Origin: Anolis carolinensis | Lineage: Eukaryota | DNA: 64,000 bases | Assembly (NCBI RefSeq): GCF_035594765.1 | Contig: NC_085842.1 | Span: 91,054,782-91,118,781 of the forward strand | Reading direction: 5' to 3' | In this document: positions 1 through 8,900 of the stretch, in pieces | How positions within the stretch are numbered: the first letter of the stretch is position 1 | Layout of the letters: every line of letters begins with the position of its first letter | Made by a program: the position numbers and the translations under genes | Notes under the pieces: generated by a model | What the model saw: only the letters and a program-made list of their open reading frames with translations | Database searches by the model: none | What the model was told of the DNA's origin: nothing

Positions 1-916
1 TCATGAATGGACCCACCACCACATTTATGGTCCATCAAAATGTTAATACAATGAAACCACATTGTATGAATAGGAATTAGATTTTGCTATAATCTTGGAG
101 GAAAGAGTAAGTAATATACTATTTTAGATTTCTCATGTTTTCTTTTCAATGCTTTTCTAACAACCTGTCAAGAAAATGGATACTTGGGTGGATGAACATA
201 TGTGGTGGCTTCCTTGGGGTTGTGTCATCTCATTTATATTGGGATGGCACCAAATAATTTCATTCAGATGAGATAATGGATATTTGCAAACATATACACA
301 TTGACATTAAATATTTATTTAGATATTCATTCATTCATTTATTGAAGTAATTTGTTCATAATTTGTTATGTTTGTAAGTTTCTCTATTCATCCTATCTGG
401 AATAGTAGAGAAAAAGACAGAAGGATTACACTAGTTCCAAGATTGATAAAAGTGGAATTTTTTGTCACATGGAACTATGCAGAGTCAGAAAGGATGGGCC
501 TTCTTTGTTCCTGCTTTCTGTTTGTGGCACAGTCTGGGCTGGTTTATGTAGGATAATCTGGAATCTTATGTAGGCTAATCTGTAGCTACCTTGTATTCTG
601 TGCAAGAACAAAAACAATATATACATTAAATAACTGAACGGATAAAGAAATCTATATATATAAAAGGGTAATGAAATTTTGGCCTAGGACAAAACAACAA
701 AACTACACATCCCAGAAACACTAAACTTGGCAGCACAACCCCTCATCCATGCATCTACGTTCATACAACAAAAAGAAAATAAAAATAAAATCCTAATTAG
801 AGGGAGAGGAATAATTGTTTTTATCCAATTGCTGCCAGTTAGAAGGCTAAGCTCCACCCACTTGGTCTCCTAGCAACCCACTCAGCCAGGGAACAGGCAG
901 AGTTAGGCCTCACTTA

Positions 917-990
917 GGCCTCTTCTACACTGCCTATAAAATACAGATTATCTGATTTGAACTGGATTATATGGCAGTGTAAAAGGGGCC
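917..990. mobile_element. Short palindromic MITE-like remnant inside the Helitron
   Basis: ggcctcttctacactgcc ... ggcagtgtaaaaggggcc inverted arms; a related sequence lies at ~59975-60058. Confidence 0.55.
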
Positions 991-1323
991 CCTGATGGCA
1001 CAGTGTGTTAAAGCACTGAGCTGCTGAACCTGCGGACCAAAAGGTCCCAGGTTCAAATCCTGGGAGTGGGGTGAGCGCCCGCTGTTAGCCCCAGCTCCTG
1101 CCAACCTAGCAGTTTGAAAGCATGCCAATGTGAGTAGATCAATAGGTACCGCTCTGGCGGGAAAGTAACGGCGCTCCATGCAGTCATGCCAATGGCCACA
1201 TGACCTTGGAGATGTCTATGGACAACGCTGGCTCTTTGGCTTAGAAATGGAGATGAGCACCAACCCCCAGAGTCAGACACGACTGGACTTAATGTCAGGG
1301 GAAAACCTTTACCCTTTACCTTA
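985..1323 (+). mobile_element. Sauria-type tRNA-derived SINE, full length
   Basis: Pol III A/B-box head (tggcacagtg...ggttcaaatcc), conserved body, (ACCTTT)n tail; matches the copies at 2759-3072 and 33996-34203. Confidence 0.88.
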
Positions 1324-1427
1324 ACTACCACCAATTCCTCAATACTTTATTTCCCAAACCACCAGACTTCGCCACAGCAACGTGTGGCCGGGTACAGCTA
1401 GTAAGTAATAAAGGTGTACATGTGTAC

Positions 1428-1458
1428 AGGCAGTCCCCGAGTTACAAACATCCAACTT
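1428..1458 (+). mobile_element. Tc1/pogo (Tigger-like) terminal inverted repeat fragment
   Basis: TA|caggcagtccccgagttac start motif, truncated by the following LINE. Confidence 0.45.
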
Positions 1459-2456
1459 GAAATTGAAACCAGACAAGACGGAGGTACTCCTGGTCAGCCA
1501 TAGGGCTGATCAGGGTATTGGGTTGCAACCTGTACTGGATGGGGTCACACTCCCCCTGAGGGCACAGGTTTGCAGTCTGGGGATGTTCCTGGACTCAGCG
1601 CTGACCCTGGAGGCCCAGGTGTCGGTGGTGGCTGGGAGGGCCTTCACACAGTTAAAACTTGTGCGCCAGCTGCGCCCATACCTTGAAAAGCCTGATCTGG
1701 CCATGGTAGTACACAACTTAGTCACATCCAGACTAGATTACTGTAATGTGCTCTGCATGGGGCTGCCCCAGAAGAGCGTTCAGAAACTTCAACTGGTTCA
1801 AAAGTCAGCTGCTAGACTGCTTACAGGAACAGGATATAGAGAACGAGCTTATCCACTCCTGAAGCAGGTATGCTGGCCTCCAGTTTGTTTCTGAGTGCAA
1901 TTCAAGATGCTGGCTTTAGCCTATAAAGCCCTAAACAGTTTGGGCCCAGCCTACTTGAGGGACCGTATCTCCTTCTACCAACCCACTCGAGCCTTTGAAA
2001 TCCTCAGGAGAGGCCCTTCTCTTGGTCCCACGATCATCGCAGGCGCATTTGGTGGGAACGAGAGAGAGGGCATTTTCGGTGGTGGCCCCACAGTTCTGGA
2101 ACTGCCTCCCTAATGAGGTACAATCAGCCCCCTCCTTATTGGCCTTTCATCCACAAATTAAAACCTTTATGTGGAGCCAGGCCTTCCCAGATGAATGATA
2201 ATAGGCACTGTCAGTTTGATATTAGTCTGACAATATTTGACAAATAACCTCAATGGCCTCAGGGGAGGTTATGGATTGGATACCTTCAAATGGTTCTTGC
2301 TGTAAGTTTTAATTGTTTTATATGATATGTTAAATTGAGTTTTTATATAGGTTTATGATATTTTAGCTGATTATGTATTGGATGTATTTTTATTGGTTTT
2401 GTATTTTGTAAGCTGCTTTCAGTCCCACCCACAAGAGAAAAGTGGGATAGAAATGA

Positions 2457-2499
<43 letters not shown>

Positions 2500-2512
2500 T
2501 TAATAATAATAA
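1457..2512 (+). mobile_element. 5'-truncated, decayed L2-clade LINE (ORF2 C-terminus, 3' UTR, (TAA)n tail)
   Basis: Translations KTEVLL...SRLDYCN...KLQLVQKSAARLL...RERAFSVVAP broken by a stop and a frameshift; ends in a tgtaagctgc...(taa)n tail. Confidence 0.85.
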
Positions 2513-2758
2513 TGGAAAACTATGCTTGTGAATAGATGACCCTGCAGAAGCTACAACAGGTGGTTGTTGTCTACTCAATATAAAAGAACAGAACATACTT
2601 TATCTGCTGTTGTTGTACATAGGTGCCATACGACTCTCTCAATGAACATTGCAGTTTTAAAAGTTAAATTTTCAACAATGATTTACATTGTTTCCATGGT
2701 CAAAATTGCCACTGAAATTTCATCTTGAAAGAGATTATAAATGGTGTTGAATATATAT

Positions 2759-3072
2759 AAGGTAAAGGTTTCCCCTGACATTAAGTCCAGTCATGTCTGA
2801 CTCTGGGGGTTGGTGCTCATCTCCATTTCTAAGCCGAAGAGCCAGCGTTGTCCATAGACACCTCCAAGGTCATGACTGCATGGAGCGCTGTTACCTTCCC
2901 GCCGGAGCGGTACCTATTAATCTACTCACATTGGCATGTTTTCGAACTGCTAGGTTGGCAGAAGCTGGAGCTAACAGTAGGCGCTTACTCCGCTCCCGGG
3001 ATTTGAACCTGGGACCTTTCGGTCTGCAAGTTCAGCAGCTCAGTGCTTTAACACACTTCGCCACCGGGGCTC
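2759..3072 (-). mobile_element. Sauria-type SINE, reverse orientation
   Basis: Reverse complement of 985-1323, with a short internal deletion; begins aaggtaaaggt (reversed tail). Confidence 0.88.
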
Positions 3073-3075
3073 TGA

Positions 3076-3077
<2 letters not shown>

Positions 3078-3123
<46 letters not shown>
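3078..3123. repeat. (TA)n microsatellite
   Basis: Seen directly. Confidence 0.95.
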
Positions 3124-3128
<5 letters not shown>

Positions 3129-4289
3129 CATGTCTATAATCACATTTGATGACAACAAGTCTGTCTCAACAGCTGGCCCTGCTGCACCTTTAATTTGAAT
3201 AAAGAATAGTCACCAGAAGAAGCCAGGATTCAGGTGCTAGTTTTGCCATTTGATTTGGTTGTGTATCTTTCTATTTCTAGTTAAGAATGACATCATACAG
3301 CAGTGCCATTAAGAAAAGGAAATTAAATTCACAGGAATATGTTTAAGTGAAAGAGACACATAAAATCATAAAAGCAGGGAAACTCTGAGGTAGATTTCCC
3401 AAAACCTTTATAACACCAAGCCCAATGTCTCAGTCAAGCTTGCTCCACCCACTTCCATTTTCCATTGCCAATGGGAATAAATGCGGGGGGGGGGGGGAGT
3501 TTAATGAAAAGGAAGCTTTATAAAAAGTAAATCATATTAACAACAACCACAACAAAAATAGCCCCACTGCTTGTATGGTTTCATTTAATGATGTTTAATT
3601 AAGAAAGAAAACTTTCTTTGCATGTGAGATTTGCAAAATATACTCTTTCACTTGATGATGTGTGTGTGAAGTAGATTTTTATGCTCCCCTGTGGACCAAT
3701 TAAAGCCCTATTGCATACAAAGGTGCTTGGTTAAGAACTCGCTGTATCAGTCTTGAGGCTCTATAGTCTTGCTACTGCATACAAAAAATAAACGGCCAGA
3801 TAGGGACATGAACTTTCCTGGCAGATTTAGGGCTGCTTGCCAGAGTTGTCATTTATTATCATTTTTGCTTGCCATGTCTCTTTTTTCAGTGCAGTTTCCA
3901 CAGAGTTTTAAAAATGTTTTCTGAAGGGGAAATGTCAAAAAATAAATGTTAATACTTAGAGATACTAGGACAATTCTATCTTATGTGCTTGAAGAAAAGT
4001 GACTTAACCTGAAGATATAGATTAATCTTCTAGTCTAGTGTTATAGGACCAACGTGCTTCTTACTATCTACAATGAAAGGATGAAGTTTAATGAAATGAA
4101 GTTGAATAAAAATGTATCTTCCATTTCCACATAGCACTGGACACGCTCAAAGCTAGTTTATCCAATGTTCAGGGTTTCTGTGCTTTGAACTCCCAAATAT
4201 CTCGAGGACCATAGCTAGAGGCCAACTGTTCTTTTGTGTATTGTGCATTTAGCACATTTTGTTTTGACACTGTTCATCAGGATGTAAAC

Positions 4290-5005
4290 TGTTCCGTCCC
4301 CCAGGACGATGGTTTGCCTTACCTATTGGTCGTTTGTTTGTTTCCCCTCCTTTACATTTTGTTTGAGCCTCTGGCTGCAAAAGCCTAGGAAAAGTGGCTT
4401 GGAATCTGCAAGAGCTGGCTGCAGTTTTCTTTGCAGTGATTGGTCAAAGAATGCAACATCTTAGGACCGCCCTTTTTACCAGGGTCTAGTCTCCATTTTG
4501 GAGCTTCATTCTGGCTATAGTCTTCCAACGTGCTGGAGCTGTGCAAGGCTAACTGGGACAAATCATCCTCAAAACCAGGCCAATCTAAGCCTATCCAAAT
4601 TAGATAAGTATTGAATTATATTGATCTGGAATAGGAAATCTAGTTAGAGGAGCAGGGTTATTCTGTCGCTTCTAGAACTAATCTTTGCTGTAAAGATAGG
4701 GAAGGAAAGAGTTTCTCCTTCTAATATAGGCAGCGTGATTAGGGTATAGTGGTTTTATAATCACCTTTGCTTTCTGGAACCAGGGATAATTCTGTACCTA
4801 AAACCTATAGAAATTTGTTTCATTTTCTGCAACTTTAAGATCTGTGCCAGGTTTACAACCTTGTATGAATAAACATCCTTTTTTGAAGTTATCCAGACTC
4901 AGTCGTTCAATATCTATAGGACAGCTTATAGGGATTTGCAGTTCGCCCGGATAAAGGACAGCACGTTTCAGTTTTATAGTTTTTTATTGTCCGGCGGACG
5001 GCACA
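4290..5005 (+). repeat. 5' LTR of the BEL/Pao element
   Basis: TGTTCCGTCC...GGACGGCACA imperfect terminal inverted repeats; AATAAA at 4868-4873; differs from the 3' LTR at only 2 positions (4515, 4965) by manual comparison. Confidence 0.97.
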
Positions 5006-5405
5006 GTTTTGAGGTAGATCAGCGGTTTTTCCGCTTGAGCTAGCTTGCACGGCTTATAGTTTTTTATAGTTTAGGAAGTTTAGTTTAGGCCGCGGCTTTT
5101 CCGCCTGAGCTCAGTCTGCATACCTAAAGACTCTACCAGCGTCTGAGGCAGTCAAATAGTGGGGCTCTATTTCCTTGCTATTTGGCTCGCGTGTGCGCAC
5201 GTGGCCCAGTGGCTTTCTGGGTTTGCACAGGCTGTGCAGTTCCCAGCAACGTCCAGGGCTCCCTCGGCGGTAGACCTCGAGCCGCGGAGCACCAGCGACA
5301 GTTCTTTGGCTGGCTCTGAGGCGTGAAGCCCACCAGAACCAGGCTAGAACCTGGACAGGCCTGGCAACGCTGCTGCGAGTTCGGCCGGAGCACTCGGCCG
5401 GCTTC

Positions 5406-5592
5406 GACCTGCCTCATCGTCCTGCGGTGGTGACCTGCCTCATCGTCCTGCGGTGGTGACCTGCCTCATCGCCTGGCGGTGGTGACCTGCCTCATCGTCC
5501 TGCGGTGGTGACCTGCCTCATCGTCCTGCGGTGGTGACCTGCCTCATCGTCCTGCGGTGGTGACCTGCTTCATCGTCCTGCGGTGGTGACCT
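5406..5592 (+). repeat. 26-bp tandem array (7 units plus a partial unit) in the element leader
   Basis: Unit GACCTGCCTCATCGTCCTGCGGTGGT starting at 5406, 5432, 5458, 5484, 5510, 5536, 5562. Confidence 0.95.
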
Positions 5593-5972
5593 CCCTTCAC
5601 AGCGGGGAGGAGGCGTCTTTTCTCTCCTCCTTTCCAAAGCCAGCCTCGGTGCTCCTTCGGCGGCAGGCCTCGAGCCGCAGAGCACGAGGTGCTTGAAAAT
5701 TTGGCGAAGTCGCCATTTTGGCAGTTTACGTCACTCGGGCAAGGGAGGTATCAAGTGGCAAGTTGCTGTCAGTTGGCATTTTGCAGCTTGCCCACTAAAA
5801 TCTGGCGCCAAAGGTCACAATCTTTGTAAAGTATAGTTACTTAGTGATATATATTGCTATGGTTAAGTGTTGTGCATTGTATTATATATTGCATTTGCTT
5901 TTATTGTAAATTTACTTGCTGGTATGTTGTATTTGCTTTTGTTGTAAATTTACTTGCTATTAAGAATACATA

Positions 5973-8900
5973 ATGTCTATGCAATTTCAAGATGATACAG
6001 ATGGTATACCTCCTTCTGAGGCTGAAAGTAGGAATGAAAGGCCCCAAAGGATAAAGCACCCTTCAGCCAAGATGCTAGCCCATCTAATAGATGAAAAGGA
6101 GCTCCTCCATGTGAGGTTAGGTTCGGCATGGGAGCGAATTGTAACATTGATGGACAGAATTGAGAGCTTGGGTATTACAAGGGTGCCATCCATATTACAG
6201 ACCGACCTTGAAGAGACCTTCGGTCTCTGGAGGGGTTTGGTGTCTAAGATAGTCCAGGTCCTCGAGCGCATTAACGCCAAGGATTCAGAGTTAGAAATAG
6301 TGAGTGTCTTAGCTGACACTAATGAGAAAGAAAATAAGGTGAGGGCAATTCTAGATGCCTTGGAATTTAGTTCTCCACCTGTTAATCTAAGGTCTGAGCC
6401 AAAAGGAAATCAGTCTTCCTTATGCAGCCATGAGACCAATCTTTTAAAATCACCTGCTGTGGCACTTAGTCTTAAGTCCAACCGCTCTAGCCAGGTATCT
6501 AAACTAAGGGAGTGTGCATCATCTAAACATAGCCACTCTAGCAAGTCTTCTGCTGCTGGGAGTGCCATCTCTTCCCTAGCTGCCTTGCACATTAAGGAGG
6601 CTGCACGTCTGGAGCTAAAGAGCAAGGTAGCGGGGGCGGAGGCTGATGCTAAGGCAGCTGATCTCACCCTTCCCTTTAAAGAAGAAGAGCAACGACTGCA
6701 AAGCAAAATGCAAATAGAACAGGCCCAAAGGCAATGTGAAATAGAAATGCTTAGAATAAAGATGGATGCCGCAGCCAAAAGGGTAAGGGCTGAGACTTTG
6801 GCCAAGGCCCTAATTGAGCCACTCACAGAAGAAAATGTAAGTCAGTTGCCGAAGCAGGACCCTTCTTCCAAGGTGCTTGTGCATCTTAATAGCTTAAACA
6901 GCCAGTTTTCGGATGAGGAACAGGAAGACTTCTCTCCTTACCCAGAGCAGGGCCCCAAAGTCACTTTTGAGTTTCCTGCAGAGCAGAGCGTCATAGCGGG
7001 GAGCTCACCCTTGCCCGAGCTACCTGTGCCTCCTGCTAAATCCCTAGGTCAGTCAATCAGGGCCTCAAGGCCAAGTGCTAGTTGGCCCTTACAGACAGCT
7101 GCACAGGGAGCCACCGATTCGTCAGTGGTCGATGTCATCCCTCCAAGAGGCCAAAGGTTGACGCAAGGTGCACGGTGGGAGTCCACTCCACAACAGCAAA
7201 CTCCTCAATTGTTCCCTTCGACGCCAGAGTCCCAGCTTGTCTCCATCATCAGAAGCCCCAGAAGAGATCTTAAGGACAAGGGTGTCGAAAAGTTTTCGGA
7301 CAAGCCTGAGGAATTTCTTCTCTGGAAGGCCACCTTCCAGAGAGCAATCAGAGACTTAAAGTTATTGCCTGAGGAAGAACTGACTCTTCTGGCTGCATGG
7401 TTGGGCCCAGCCTCATCCTCACAAGTTAAGAAGATCTACGCAGCCCACGTAGCCGATCCCGACAAAGCCCTGGAAAAGGCCTGGGCCAGGTTGCAGCAGA
7501 GGTATGGGGCCAGCACAGAGATTGAAGCATCTCTTATGGACAAGCTCCAAAGGTTCCCAGCTTTGAAACTCAAAGACTTCAAACTCTTGTGGGACCTCAG
7601 CGATCTCCTTACGGAATTAGAGTCGGCCAAGGAGAATCCAGAACTGCCCGGTTTGAAGTGCCTCGATCAGCACCTGTCCCAGAGGCAGATCTTGACCAAG
7701 CTGCCCTTCACTTTGCAAGAACGCTGGGGACAGGAGGTCTTCAACTACAAGGAGGCCCACTCCCAGGCATACCCTCCATTTTCTCATTTGGTCCAGTTCA
7801 TCACCAGGGCGGCCAGAGAAAGGAATGATCCGCAGACGGGCCTCCCCACCTTATACCAAGGGACCCATCCAGGGAAGGCATCTGAAGTGGACAAGAAACC
7901 ACCTAGAGAGGCCAATAGACCTGTCAGCGTAAAGGCAGTCGAAACTCAACACAAGACTGATGAACCCAGGTCGGAGGTAAAAGAGGTGCTCTGCCCCATT
8001 CACCAAAAGCCTCACAGTTTGGCCAACTGCCGGGAATTTGGCAAGAAGCCTTATAAAGAAAGACAACAGATTGTACAGAAGCTGGGCATATGTTTTAGGT
8101 GCTGTGGAGCAACTCTTCACTTTGCATCCAACTGCAAAGAGGACGTCAAATGCGCAAGGTGTAACAGCCTTAAGCATTGCACCGCGATGCACAACTCTGA
8201 CGCTGTCTCCCGCGCCAAAGGGGACACGTCTTCCAAAGAAGGGTCATCTACTGAAGCCACCAACATGCAGACCGCGTCACGGATGCAGGAGGATGCCCCA
8301 TCGGTCACCTGTACTGAACTATGCTCTGACGTGCACCAGTTCAGAGTCTGCCATCCCATCTGCCTAGCAGATGTATATCCAGCCAGAAGACCTTGGCTTA
8401 AAAAGAGACTTTACGTGGCTTTGGATTCACAAAGCGACGCCTCCCTGGCGACTCCAGAGTTTTTCCAACTGTTTGACATAAAAACCCAGACGGTCGACTA
8501 CACCATGTCCACCTGTGTAGGGAAGAAGAAGTTGCAGGGTCGCATAGCATCCGGCTTTGTTGTCTCCTCTTGTGACCAGAAGAGACTGTTCGAGTTACCA
8601 GACCTCATTGAGTGTTCCTCTATCCCTCGGAACAAAAAACAAATTGTAACTAGAGAAGTTGTGGAGGCTCATCCACATTTGCGACGATTAAAGAATGCCA
8701 TACCTGCTTTCCGTCCAGATGTGGACATTGCCCTTCTGCTTGGTGCGGACTGTCCGAACTTGTTCTATGTGAACGACCAAGTTAAGGGACCTCCAGGGGC
8801 GCCCATTGCTCAGCTGCTACCACTAGGCTGGACAGTTACAGGCCCAGTGTGCATAAACAAGATGCACCCACCATCGTCGTTGGACTCCAATCAAGCACAG

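Larger units (their letters stand above)
651..1401 (+). mobile_element. Non-autonomous Helitron containing a short palindromic DNA-element remnant and a Sauria-type SINE
   Basis: Starts A|TC (650/651), ends CTAG|T (1398-1402), subterminal hairpin GCCACA-gcaacg-TGTGGC (1371-1388), no TSD: classic Helitron hallmarks. Confidence 0.8.

Noticed and set aside
5406-5592. CRISPR-like repeat array
   Set aside because: The units are head-to-tail with no unique spacers, in a eukaryotic retrotransposon leader with no cas genes.
5803-5812. TGGCGCCAAA, resembling a tRNA-Lys-type PBS
   Set aside because: It lies ~800 nt from the LTR end; a PBS must abut U5.
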